From contig JAJRDA010000003.1 in NCBI GenBank assembly GCA_028678665.1, positions 1-37,941 on the forward strand: a stretch of DNA of 37,941 bases. Reading direction: 5' to 3'. A program made the position numbers and the translations under genes. The notes under the pieces are model-generated. The model did no database searches. It had not been told where the DNA came from and saw only the letters and a list, made by a program, of their open reading frames with translations. Shown here one piece after another: positions 27,993 through 36,813 of the stretch; within the stretch, counting starts at the first letter, position 1; every line of letters begins with the position of its first letter. Source of the DNA: Methanomicrobiales archaeon. GTDB taxonomy: Archaea > Halobacteriota > Methanomicrobia > Methanomicrobiales > JACTUA01.

Positions 27993-28166
27993 ATGGATTC
28001 GGGCTCCCGGATCAGGACCTGGCTCTTCTTTTACCTGATCTGCCTGGTGGGGCTCCTCTGGGCGACGTTTCTCTTGGCCACGGGAGGCTGGTTCTGGGTC
28101 TCGATCTGGATTGTTCTTGCCGTCGTGGGCACCAACAGTATCGTCCTGGTGCTCCGGTTCCGGTAA
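27993..28166 (+). CDS. Small 57-aa two-TM membrane protein (absent from the ORF track)
   Basis: MDSGSRIRTWLFFYLICLVGLLWATFLLATGGWFWVSIWIVLAVVGTNSIVLVLRFR*; host-like codons; TATTAAGT about 22 nt upstream. Confidence 0.65.
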   Translation: MDSGSRIRTWLFFYLICLVGLLWATFLLATGGWFWVSIWIVLAVVGTNSIVLVLRFR

Positions 28167-28245
28167 CAGCCATCTCACCCTGACCGATGTGCGTGACCTC
28201 AGCCCTTATCATCCGGGGAACAGATTCCCTGGGGTGAACGCTCCC

Positions 28246-28740
28246 ATGGAGAGGAAGGGGGATACCGGTAAAATCCCGATCTTTGTTGCGGCAACAGGGA
28301 AGGTGGAGATGGTGGACCCGATCCGGAAGACTGATGAGGAATGGCGCAGGATCCTTCCGCCATTTTCCTTTGAGGTGGCCCGTGGACACGGGACCGAGCA
28401 GGCCTTCACCGGCCGGTACCACGATTTCCATGGGGACGGCGTGTACCGGTGCATCTGCTGCGGGACCGACCTCTTTCTCTCCCGGGCCAAGTTCGATTCC
28501 GGGACAGGATGGCCCAGCTTCAGCGCCGCCATCGCCCATGAGAACGTGGCGCTCAGGACTGACAGGAGTTACGGGATCGTGCGGACAGAGGTGCTCTGTG
28601 CACGGTGCGATGCCCATCTGGGGCATGTCTTTGACGATGGCCCACCCCCCTCCGGGAAGCGGTACTGCATGAACTCCGCTTCCCTCCGGTTCGTGGCACG
28701 GGGCGATCTGGCGAAAAAGGATCCAGGATCCCCGGGGTAA
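28246..28740 (+). CDS. msrB: Peptide-methionine (R)-S-oxide reductase MsrB
   Basis: GTEQAFTG, CICC and CARC zinc ligands, KFDSGTGWPSF, HLGHVFDDGP and RYCMNS; GGGGTGA SD before ATG 28246. Confidence 0.96.
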   Translation: MERKGDTGKIPIFVAATGKVEMVDPIRKTDEEWRRILPPFSFEVARGHGTEQAFTGRYHDFHGDGVYRCICCGTDLFLSRAKFDSGTGWPSFSAAIAHENVALRTDRSYGIVRTEVLCARCDAHLGHVFDDGPPPSGKRYCMNSASLRFVARGDLAKKDPGSPG

Positions 28741-28750
28741 TACACAGGGA

Positions 28751-29314
28751 TCAGGGACCCGGTCGCGCCAGGATCAGGTAGTGGTACGGGCCGCAGTCCT
28801 GCAGTGATGGCAGGTGAAACCCGGCCTCACGGATCAGGGCCAGGGCATACTCCGGGGGGAACCTCTTCTCTCTGGGAGGACCGATGGGCATCTCCCTCGC
28901 ATGCCAGTCCAGGTCCGCGAGGACTCCCCCCTCCCGGACCATCCTTCGCGCGTTCCGGAGCACCCGTCCGGGATCCGAAAAATCATGCAGGCAGATCCCG
29001 AAGAAGACCACATCCCCGCAGCCGGAACAGAGCACCGTCTCTTCTGCGGCTCCCGCCCGCGCCGAGACCCAGTCCATCCCTGCATCCGCAGCACGGTCCC
29101 GCAGGCGCGTGACCGCTTCCCCATTGATATCGATCCCGCAGACACGGCCGGAGGCGCCGACCCTGCGAGCGGCAGGCAGGGCAAAGTACCCTTCCCCGCA
29201 CCCTACGTCCAGGAACGTCATCCCCGGAACGACCCCGATGGCGGCCAGCACGCGTTCGGGGTCCTGCCAGCGCCGCCGTTCAGGATCATCCGGAGGAAAC
29301 CGGGGATGTGACAT
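28751..29314 (-). CDS. Class I SAM-dependent methyltransferase (UbiE-like)
   Basis: FLDVGCGEGYF, GIDIN, CLHDF and DW..REMPIGPP motifs. Confidence 0.88.
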   Translation of the reverse strand: MSHPRFPPDDPERRRWQDPERVLAAIGVVPGMTFLDVGCGEGYFALPAARRVGASGRVCGIDINGEAVTRLRDRAADAGMDWVSARAGAAEETVLCSGCGDVVFFGICLHDFSDPGRVLRNARRMVREGGVLADLDWHAREMPIGPPREKRFPPEYALALIREAGFHLPSLQDCGPYHYLILARPGP

Positions 29315-29429
29315 CTTCTACCCTCAGGATCATTGCGCTGCGCGAAGGCATGAGCCCGGCGCCTGGACCCTCCAGGAATACATTACCATACCATGAAGTT
29401 AATGAAACTCATTGATTCCTTCTTTAATT

Positions 29430-29519
29430 GCCTATTATTGCTATCAGACCTGTAACAGCCATTATAGCAGAGTTTTAGACCCAATAATGGCTAAATCAAA
29501 ATAGATATACATATATATA
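29430..29519 (+). promoter_or_regulatory. AT-rich promoter with inverted repeat and TATA box
   Basis: AGCCATTAT (29457-29465) / ATAATGGCT (29484-29492) inverted repeat, followed by AAAATAG-ATATACATATATATA. Confidence 0.6.
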
Positions 29520-29562
29520 CGTGCATGAAATTGTAATGTGCAGACACGGACAGTGACCAACA

Positions 29563-29925
29563 ATGTCTCAAGTGAAAATCAAGCCCTGGGTCAGCGCTTC
29601 AGAAGTCGTGTATGCGATCAATGACATCGCGGAGGAGGTGGAACGTTTCAGGCGTCTCCCTGAGGAGACCCTGGAACAGTACAGCATCATCGCCGCGATC
29701 TCGGACCGCGAGTTCAAGAACCTCTTCCTGAAGATGCTGCAGGAGCGGCGTCCCAAGGAGTACCCCAAGTTCCTCCACTACCTGGACCGCATGGCCGAAA
29801 ACGGACGCAAGTACACACGAGAGTACCGAGCACAGATGCGCATGATGTCAGCAAAGGTGGGGATGATGTACCACCTCTACGGGGGGGACCTTCCTTCCAA
29901 GAAAAAGGAGACTGCCACGAACTGA
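29563..29925 (+). CDS. Hypothetical protein (120 aa, helical, charged)
   Basis: Strong host-like codon bias, own TATA box and a pyrimidine-rich tract downstream. Confidence 0.8.
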   Translation: MSQVKIKPWVSASEVVYAINDIAEEVERFRRLPEETLEQYSIIAAISDREFKNLFLKMLQERRPKEYPKFLHYLDRMAENGRKYTREYRAQMRMMSAKVGMMYHLYGGDLPSKKKETATN

Positions 29926-30134
29926 CCATCCCTGATACGTTCCTCTTTACCCTCACCCCTCTCATCCCACCTTTCTGGAAGTTCTTGACCAAATCATTAT
30001 GCGGCAACGGCCCGCATCCCCATCCTCACAAAACCCTTCCATCCTTTTCTCCCACCGGATTCCCTGACCCGACAAGGGGCTGAGCCACGTTCCGTGAGAT
30101 GTGGACCAGTGATCCCCGTGATTCAGGACACCGA

Positions 30135-30186
30135 CAGGGGGGGCGCCCACGCGGCGGGGGGCGGAGCCCTCCCTGGAGCGTCCCCG
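30135..30186 (-). repeat. Intergenic hairpin repeat family B, copy 2 (reverse)
   Basis: Reverse complement reads GGGGACGCTCCAGGGAGGGC-TCC-GCCCCCC-GCCGCGTGGGCGCCCCCCCTG. Confidence 0.8.
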
Positions 30187-30236
30187 CAGACGTATTCATC
30201 GGGGATACCGACCCGCTTCCTTTCCGGGCAACAGTG

Positions 30237-30260
30237 AGAAAGAGAGGAAAAGGAAAGAAG
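30237..30260 (-). terminator. Pyrimidine/U-rich tract downstream of pan (archaeal-type terminator)
   Basis: CTTCTTTCCTTTTCCTCTCTTTCT on the minus strand about 20 nt after the stop. Confidence 0.45.
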
Positions 30261-30277
30261 TGGTGAGAGATTCCGCT

Positions 30278-31444
30278 TCACCGGTACATGCGGTCGTCGC
30301 GGAGGGAAGGTTCGCTCCTCACCTTGGCGAGGGCTGCGGTGAAATCCTGCTGCTCCACGGCGTCCGCACCGCGCCGGACGGCATTCATGCCGGCCTCGCG
30401 GCAGATGGCCTGGAGATCCGCGCCGGTGCCGCTCTCGGTCCCCTTCACCAGATCCTCCAGGTCCACCTCCCCCACCTTCATGGAGCGGGTATGGATCTTC
30501 AGGATCTCCCTGCGCGCCCCTTCGTCCGGGAGCGGGATCCGGAGAACCCGGTCGAACCGGCCGGGCCGCAGGATGGCGAGATCCAGCATGTCCAGCCGGT
30601 TCGTGGCCGCCATGATCCGGATGTCGCCCCGGTTGTCGAACCCGTCCATCTCTGCCAGGAGCTGCATGAGCGTCCGCTGCACCTCGGCGGATCCCGAGGT
30701 GCCGTCATGGGTCCGCATGGAGGCGATGGCATCGATCTCGTCGATGAAGATGATGGAGGGGGCGCGTTCCCGGGCCAGCTGGAAGAGCTCCCGCACCAGC
30801 TGGGCTCCTTCCCCGATGAACTTGTGCACCAGTTCCGACCCCGACATCCGGATGAAGGTGGCGCGGGCCTGGTGGGCGACGGCTTTCGCGATCAGGGTCT
30901 TTCCCGTCCCTGGCGGGCCGTGGAGGAGGATCCCCTTGGGGGGCTCCACCCCGAGCCGCCGGAAGACCTCGGGGCGGGTCAGGGGGTACTCCACCGCTTC
31001 CCGCACCTCCTCGATCTCCTGCCGCAGGCCCCCTATCTGCTCGAAGGTGACATCAGGCGAGGCCTCCAGCTCCATCACCCGCACCCGGGCATCGAACACG
31101 GAACCGATGATCTTGACGACAGAGAGCGCGTTGTTCACCGCCACCTTTGTACCGGGTTTCAGGGTCTTCTGGAGTTCCTCGTTCACGGTGGTGAGGTACT
31201 CCTGGTTGTTCCCCTGCTGCCTCAGGTACACCTCCCCGTCCCCCATCACCTCCACCACCGAGGCGACAAAGAGGGGCATCCGCTTCAGCTGTGCGTTCTC
31301 CCGCCGGAGCTGGTTCACCTCCTTCTGGAGGTTCTCGTTCCGTACCTTGAGATCCAGCTGCTGGGCACGCAGCTCCTGGAGTTCCAGGTTCATCTTCACC
31401 AGGTCTGTCTCGGATCTGACCTGGCTGGACACGGTGTCATCCAT
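30278..31444 (-). CDS. pan: Proteasome-activating nucleotidase
   Basis: N-terminal coiled coil and OB domain, GPPGTGKT, IIFIDEID, RPGRFDR and a C-terminal HbYX motif (MYR). Confidence 0.97.
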   Translation of the reverse strand: MDDTVSSQVRSETDLVKMNLELQELRAQQLDLKVRNENLQKEVNQLRRENAQLKRMPLFVASVVEVMGDGEVYLRQQGNNQEYLTTVNEELQKTLKPGTKVAVNNALSVVKIIGSVFDARVRVMELEASPDVTFEQIGGLRQEIEEVREAVEYPLTRPEVFRRLGVEPPKGILLHGPPGTGKTLIAKAVAHQARATFIRMSGSELVHKFIGEGAQLVRELFQLARERAPSIIFIDEIDAIASMRTHDGTSGSAEVQRTLMQLLAEMDGFDNRGDIRIMAATNRLDMLDLAILRPGRFDRVLRIPLPDEGARREILKIHTRSMKVGEVDLEDLVKGTESGTGADLQAICREAGMNAVRRGADAVEQQDFTAALAKVRSEPSLRDDRMYR

Positions 31445-31482
31445 CTCATTCTCTATATAGGGCGTGATCGCATATATCAGGT

Positions 31483-31902
31483 GTGGCGTCCGTCATCAGG
31501 GGGAGGGGAATCGCGGGGGGCACGGGCACCGGGCCCCTGCTCGCGAGCAGCGAGCCCATCTCCTTCCTGGGGGGAGTGGACCCGAAGACCGGGATGGTCG
31601 TGGAGCCGGGCCATCCGCTGCTGGGGAAGTCGGTGGCCGGGTGCGTGCTCTTTTTTCCGCACGGGAAGGGTTCCACCGTCGGGTCCTACGTGCTCTACGC
31701 CCTCCGGCACAACGGGAAGGCGCCGGCTGCCATCGTGAACCGGGAGGCGGAACCCATCATTGTTGTCGGGGCCATCATCGCGGGCATCCCCATGATGGAC
31801 CAGCCGGATCCTGCCATTGACCGGATCCCGGAGGGGACCCGGGTGACCGTCGACGGTGGGAAGGGGGAACTGACCTGTGAGGGTGAACTGGAGGGTCATT
31901 AA
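31483..31902 (+). CDS. DUF126 / aconitase X swivel domain protein (phosphomevalonate dehydratase small subunit-like)
   Basis: ISFLGGVDPKTG, GKGSTVGSYVLY, APAAIVN and VDGGKG motifs. Confidence 0.88.
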   Translation: MASVIRGRGIAGGTGTGPLLASSEPISFLGGVDPKTGMVVEPGHPLLGKSVAGCVLFFPHGKGSTVGSYVLYALRHNGKAPAAIVNREAEPIIVVGAIIAGIPMMDQPDPAIDRIPEGTRVTVDGGKGELTCEGELEGH

Positions 31903-32989
31903 TGCGGCCGCCAGCTCGTACGCCCCCCTGTTCGCATCCTGTGCAGAGTACGGCTTTTACCTGAGACCGGTGGATGCACCCGCGCCGGATATCACCTGTT
32001 ACAGCCTGAACTCGGTGAATGAACCGGCATTCCGGGAGGAGATCGCGAGGGCCGGATGCACCACCATCGTTGGCGGTCCCCACGCGTCCGCGTGCCCGGA
32101 GCAGGTGGCAGCGTATGCCGATTACGTGGTGGTGGGCGAGGGGGAGTTTACGCTGCCGCGCCTCCTCTCCCGTCTGGAGGAGGGAGGGACAGGACCGGTC
32201 CCCGGGGTGGTGTGCCGCGGAGGCACCCTCCCCACGGACCACACGGTGATCCTGGACGCGTTCCCACCTTTCTCGGTCATGAAAGGGTACATCGAGATCT
32301 CCCGCGGCTGTCCCTTCGGGTGTGCCTACTGCCAGACCCCCTGTCTCTTCGGGTCCACGATGCGGCACCGGTCCATTGACACCATCGTCCGGTTCGCGTC
32401 CCGCTACCACGACATCCGGTTCGTCTCCCCCAATGCCCTCGCCTACGGATCCGACGGGAGGACCCCCCGGCTGGAGAAGGTGGCGGCGCTCCTCTCCCGC
32501 CTCTCAGGGAATATCTACTTCGGTACCTTCCCGAGCGAGGTGCGCCCTGAGTTCATCTCCGGGGAAGCCCTGGATCTGATCGCTTCCTGCCGTGCCAGCC
32601 GCCGGATCGCCTTTGGTGCCCAGTCGGGGAGCGACCGGATCCTCTCCCTGATCCGCAGGGGACACACGATCGCAGACGTCATCGCTGCCGTGGAATGCTG
32701 CCGGGCTCATGACTTTGTTCCGTCCGTGGACTTCATCCTGGGATTCCCCTTCGAGACCGCGGAGGACGAGGAGGAGACGCTGGGACTGATCCGGTGGGTG
32801 ACCCGCCATGGGAAGGCCCGGGTGCATGCCTTCATCCCCCTGCCGGGTACCGCACTCGCCGGTACCGTCCCGCGCCCCCTCTCCCGCCATACCCTCCAGA
32901 TCCTGGGGAATCTGGCACTCCACGGGCGGATCACCGGTTCCTGGAACGATCCCGCGGTAAGGTTTTTTAAGGCACGTTCCGATATATGA
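31877..32989 (+). CDS. B12-binding-domain/radical SAM protein (TIGR04013-like)
   Basis: GGPHAS, VVGEGE, IEISRGCPFGCAYCQT, FPSEVRPE and GAQSGSDR motifs. Confidence 0.88.
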   Translation: MRVNWRVINAAASSYAPLFASCAEYGFYLRPVDAPAPDITCYSLNSVNEPAFREEIARAGCTTIVGGPHASACPEQVAAYADYVVVGEGEFTLPRLLSRLEEGGTGPVPGVVCRGGTLPTDHTVILDAFPPFSVMKGYIEISRGCPFGCAYCQTPCLFGSTMRHRSIDTIVRFASRYHDIRFVSPNALAYGSDGRTPRLEKVAALLSRLSGNIYFGTFPSEVRPEFISGEALDLIASCRASRRIAFGAQSGSDRILSLIRRGHTIADVIAAVECCRAHDFVPSVDFILGFPFETAEDEEETLGLIRWVTRHGKARVHAFIPLPGTALAGTVPRPLSRHTLQILGNLALHGRITGSWNDPAVRFFKARSDI

Positions 32990-33633
32990 CCATGATAAAG
33001 ATTCTGCAGATTGCAGATCTTCACGGGCAGTTCGGGAAACTGGACTCGTTTTTAAGCCTTGAGCCCGACCTGGTCGTCATCTCCGGTGATATCACCGAGA
33101 ACGGGCCCGTGGACGTGGTGCCCGATCTCCTGGACCGTATCGAGGTCCCCGTCTTCGTGGTCCCCGGGAACTGCGACCCCCGGGATATCCTGGACGTCCT
33201 GGAGGACTCGAGCGCTGTCTGCCTCCATGGCTCCACCATGACGCTCGGGAAAGTGACCCTCACGGGAATCGGAGGATCCAACAAGACACCGTTCGGCACC
33301 CCCTTCGAACTCACCGAAGAACAGATCGAGGGGATCCTGAACGGGCTCACCTCGCACCTGGAGAAGAACGTGCACAACATCCTCGTGACCCACGCTCCCC
33401 CGGAGGGGACACTGGACCGGGTAGGCGAGGCCCACGTGGGGAGCCCGGCCCTCCGGAAATTCATGAAGCACTTCGACCTGGTCTGTTCTGCCCACATCCA
33501 CGACGACCGGGGTGAGATGGAGGTGGACGGCGTCCGGATCGTGAACCCGGGCCCGGCCAGCGAGGGTCACTGCGCCATGATCCAGCTGGGCGACGAGCCC
33601 CGCGATATCACCATCAAGATCCTTTCCGTGTAG
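32986..33633 (+). CDS. Calcineurin-like metallophosphoesterase
   Basis: DLHG, GD, GNCD, THAPP and AHIH metal-binding motifs. Confidence 0.92.
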   Translation: MTMIKILQIADLHGQFGKLDSFLSLEPDLVVISGDITENGPVDVVPDLLDRIEVPVFVVPGNCDPRDILDVLEDSSAVCLHGSTMTLGKVTLTGIGGSNKTPFGTPFELTEEQIEGILNGLTSHLEKNVHNILVTHAPPEGTLDRVGEAHVGSPALRKFMKHFDLVCSAHIHDDRGEMEVDGVRIVNPGPASEGHCAMIQLGDEPRDITIKILSV

Positions 33634-34186
33634 AGAGGAGCATCTCCAGGTACGAGACGGAGAGGGATTCTCCCCGGACCCCCAGCTCTTCTGCAATAGT
33701 TCGGATCCGGCGGACCGCCTCTGTTCGGGAGAGACCCATGGGTGCCTCGATCTCGATAAACGTCCCGAGCGACTCCACCGTGTCCAGGGCAATGGTGGCC
33801 CCCTCCCGCCGGTACAGGTCCCGCTCCTTCACCACCTCTGCCGTGGGCCGGAACCCCAGCCGATCCAGCACCTGCTCCAGGAGATCCCCCTCCACCACCG
33901 AGACACAGATCTCCTCCCTGGCCTTGGGCCCGTCGCCGGGGAGTTTTGGTCCCTTGTAGGTGAGCACCGGTGCCTCTCCGGGCCCCGGCGTCCCTCCGGA
34001 CACCGGTACTCCCCCGGAGTACCTGACCCGGAGGGCTTCATCGGTGACCGCGAAATCGCGGTGAGGGGCGTTGAAGTACACGTCCCGTTCCACCACCACC
34101 CCAAGGTGCTCTGCCTTCAGGTCCCGCAGGCGTTTCCTCACCGGTTCCAGGGCACTGACACGGATCTTGGCCTCGATCTCCATCAT
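33614..34186 (-). CDS. cyaB: CYTH-domain protein (class IV adenylate cyclase-like / triphosphate tunnel metalloenzyme)
   Basis: EIEAK, DVYFNAPHRDF..TDEALRVR, LTYKGPK, LGTFIEIE and SYLEML motifs. Confidence 0.88.
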   Translation of the reverse strand: MMEIEAKIRVSALEPVRKRLRDLKAEHLGVVVERDVYFNAPHRDFAVTDEALRVRYSGGVPVSGGTPGPGEAPVLTYKGPKLPGDGPKAREEICVSVVEGDLLEQVLDRLGFRPTAEVVKERDLYRREGATIALDTVESLGTFIEIEAPMGLSRTEAVRRIRTIAEELGVRGESLSVSYLEMLLSTRKGS

Positions 34187-34304
34187 GGCGACTGCTTCCT
34201 GTAGAAAGGTACCGCCCGGCTGAAGTGAACCTTTCCCCACGTTCCCGCAGGAGAACGGTGCCTATAAATGCCCTTCCCTCCCTGTATTATAGTCAGGTAA
34301 TGAA

Positions 34305-34994
34305 ATGACTGTTGCAGAAGGCGATTTCATCCGGCTCAGCTACACCGGGAAGGTGGACGACCGGATCTTTGATACCACCGACGAGGAAACCGCGAAGGAG
34401 TCAGGGATCCACAACCCGTCCGCCGTGTACGGGCCCGTGATGATCCGGGTGGGATCCCGGCACGTGGTCATCGGACTGGACGATGTTGTCATCGGGAAGG
34501 AGGCAGGCGAGAGCGGGGAGGTTGAGGTGCCCGCCGAGAAGGCATTCGGCCCCCATGACGAGACCCGGATGGAATCCGTCTCCGTGGCCAAGTTCCGGGA
34601 GAAGCCCTGTCTCGGTATGCAGGTGGAGCTGGAGAACCGGGAAGGCACAGTGGTAAACCTGATCGGGCGCAGGGCCATCGTGGATTTCAACCACCCGCTG
34701 GCGGGTAAGACCATCACCTACTCTTACAAGGTGGAGCGCATCGCCGAATCCAATGAGGAGAAGATCGCCGGGCTGATCCACCTCTACACCCAGCGGGAGA
34801 TGGAGGTGAAGGAGGAGGGGTCCACCGTCATGATCCTGCTCCCCCCGGCCATCAACTACGACCGGCGCTGGCTTCTCTGGCGGAGCCGGGTCGTGCAGGA
34901 GATCTTCGAGTACTTCCCCGATGTCCAGGACATCGTGCTCCAGGAGACCTTCCACCGGCCGGAGAACAAAGAGGCCGGCGGGCAGGAGACCTGA
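34305..34994 (+). CDS. Long-type archaeal FKBP peptidyl-prolyl isomerase (SlyD-like)
   Basis: GDFIRLSYTG, FDTT, VIGLD, EKAFG and VDFNHPLAGK motifs plus a C-terminal extension. Confidence 0.93.
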   Translation: MTVAEGDFIRLSYTGKVDDRIFDTTDEETAKESGIHNPSAVYGPVMIRVGSRHVVIGLDDVVIGKEAGESGEVEVPAEKAFGPHDETRMESVSVAKFREKPCLGMQVELENREGTVVNLIGRRAIVDFNHPLAGKTITYSYKVERIAESNEEKIAGLIHLYTQREMEVKEEGSTVMILLPPAINYDRRWLLWRSRVVQEIFEYFPDVQDIVLQETFHRPENKEAGGQET

Positions 34995-35130
34995 ATTTCG
35001 GCAGGGGCAACGGGGCTCGCCCAATCCCCTGTCCTTTCTCTGCCCCTCTTCTTCGTTTTTTCCCCCCGGACAGATCCACCGGCGGTTATATGGTGACGGA
35101 GCGGTACAACCTCGATAGGACAGGGAACCC

Positions 35131-36507
35131 ATGACCGCCGACCGCTACTTCAACCGCGAGATCGAGACGCTGGACCGGGACCGGCTGGATGAGATTATCG
35201 CTGAACGGGTCCGGTATACGGTCCGGTACGCCAACGAGCATTCCCCCTTCTACCGGGGCTGGTTCCGGAGTCACGGGATCGACCCCGCGTCCATCCGGAC
35301 CCACGAGGACCTGAGCCGGCTGCCCGTCATCTCGGGGAGCACCATCCGGTCGCACCAGCCGCCGGTGGCTCAAGAGTTCGGCTTCCATTCTGCCCCATGG
35401 GATCAGGTCTTCACCATCCACGAGACGAGCGGGACCAGTGGCACCCCCAAGGCGTTCTTCCTCACCTGGCAGGACTGGGAACGATACGCAGAGAAGTACG
35501 CCCGGATCTTTGTCTCCCAGGGCTTCGGGCCCGGGGACCGGGTGGTGGTCTGCGCTTCCTATGGCATGAACGTGGGGGCCAACACGATGACGCTTGCGGC
35601 GCGGTACGTGGGCATGGCCATCATCCCCCAGGGGACGTGTGCCTTCCCTGGCCGGGTGATCACGAGTTACCGGCCTACGGGGATCGTCGGCTCGGTCTTC
35701 AAGCTGCTGAACCTGGCCCGCCGCCTGGAGGCCGAGGGAATCGACCCCCGCACCTCCGGTATCCGGCGGCTGGTAGCAGGAGGGGAGTCCTTTGCCCCGG
35801 AGTCGCGGGCATACCTGGCAGAGGTCTGGGACTGCCCGGTACACAACACCTATGGGTCCACGGAAGGGACGATGTGCGGCGAATGCGACCGGCACACCGG
35901 GCTGCATGTCCCCGAGGACCTGGTGCACCTGGACGTGTACGACCCGGCGCTCCAGGCCTTTGTACCGGAAGGGGAGTGCGGCCGGATCGTGCTCACCACC
36001 CTCATCCCTCCCGGCAGCCACTGCGGCATGCTGCTCCTCAACTACGACACCGAGGACACCACCGTCATCCTTTCCCGGGAGACGTGCGCCTGCGGCCGCA
36101 CCCACCTGCGGATCCAGAACCCCCAGCGGGAGGCCGAGACCTTCCGGGCGGGGGGAGCGTTCCTGAACCGGGTGGACGTGGAGCGGGGGGTCTTCCAGCG
36201 GGGGAACATGGAATACCTGACCGGCGATTACGAGGCCTTCCTCACCGATGGAGACCGGGAAGGCAGCACCGTCCTGCAGGTAACCATGGAAAGCCAGGAT
36301 CCTGCACGGGCGGACCGCGACGGGATCGCGGACCGGTTCGTGCGGGGTTTCATCGGCAGGAACCCGTACCTCCAGGCGGCCCATGACGAGGACCTCCTTA
36401 CCTTCGCATTCTCCTTCTCTGCACCGGGTACCCTCGCGCACCAGCAGGTGAAGGGCAGGCCGAAACGCCTGGTGGACCGGCGGACCGGGACCGGCGGCCG
36501 GGCCTGA
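35131..36507 (+). CDS. ftsA: Coenzyme F390 synthetase (adenylate-forming, PaaK-like)
   Basis: YFNREIETL, HETSGTSGTPK, CASYGMNVGAN, YGSTEG, LLNYDTED and KGRPKRLVDRR motifs. Confidence 0.88.
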   Translation: MTADRYFNREIETLDRDRLDEIIAERVRYTVRYANEHSPFYRGWFRSHGIDPASIRTHEDLSRLPVISGSTIRSHQPPVAQEFGFHSAPWDQVFTIHETSGTSGTPKAFFLTWQDWERYAEKYARIFVSQGFGPGDRVVVCASYGMNVGANTMTLAARYVGMAIIPQGTCAFPGRVITSYRPTGIVGSVFKLLNLARRLEAEGIDPRTSGIRRLVAGGESFAPESRAYLAEVWDCPVHNTYGSTEGTMCGECDRHTGLHVPEDLVHLDVYDPALQAFVPEGECGRIVLTTLIPPGSHCGMLLLNYDTEDTTVILSRETCACGRTHLRIQNPQREAETFRAGGAFLNRVDVERGVFQRGNMEYLTGDYEAFLTDGDREGSTVLQVTMESQDPARADRDGIADRFVRGFIGRNPYLQAAHDEDLLTFAFSFSAPGTLAHQQVKGRPKRLVDRRTGTGGRA

Positions 36508-36553
36508 GGTATCAACAGGCGAGACCGGTTATTTTACACGCACGTGACTTCTC

Positions 36554-36610
36554 GTGAGACGCTCCAGGGGGGGACCTGCGTTCCCCCCTGCCGCGCGGAC
36601 GCCCCCCCTG
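36554..36610 (+). repeat. Intergenic hairpin repeat family B, copy 3
   Basis: GTGAGACGCTCCAGGGGGGGA-CCTGCGT-TCCCCCCTGCCGCGCGGACGCCCCCCCTG. Confidence 0.75.
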
Positions 36611-36660
36611 GCTGGTGATCGTTCACCACGTCGGTCCCCGCTGAAAAGCGCGGCTCAGGC

Positions 36661-36705
36661 TATCCTCACGGGGGTGGGACCGGGAGGGGGCTTTGCCCCC
36701 TCCCG
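36661..36705 (+). repeat. Intergenic hairpin repeat family A, copy 3
   Basis: TATCCTCACGGGGGTGGGAC-CGGGAGGGGGC-TTT-GCCCCCTCCCG. Confidence 0.85.
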
Positions 36706-36768
36706 CAGCATTTACCGGATACCGATGTTTCACCAGATCGGTATCACCGATGGATCACTCCATCCTCC

Positions 36769-36813
36769 CCCGGGGATGCCCACGCGGCGGGGGCAGAGCC
36801 CCCAAGAGCGTAC
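36769..36813 (-). repeat. Intergenic hairpin repeat family B, copy 4 (reverse)
   Basis: Reverse complement reads GTACGCTCTT-GGGGGC-TCT-GCCCCC-GCCGCGTGGGCATCCCCG. Confidence 0.8.
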
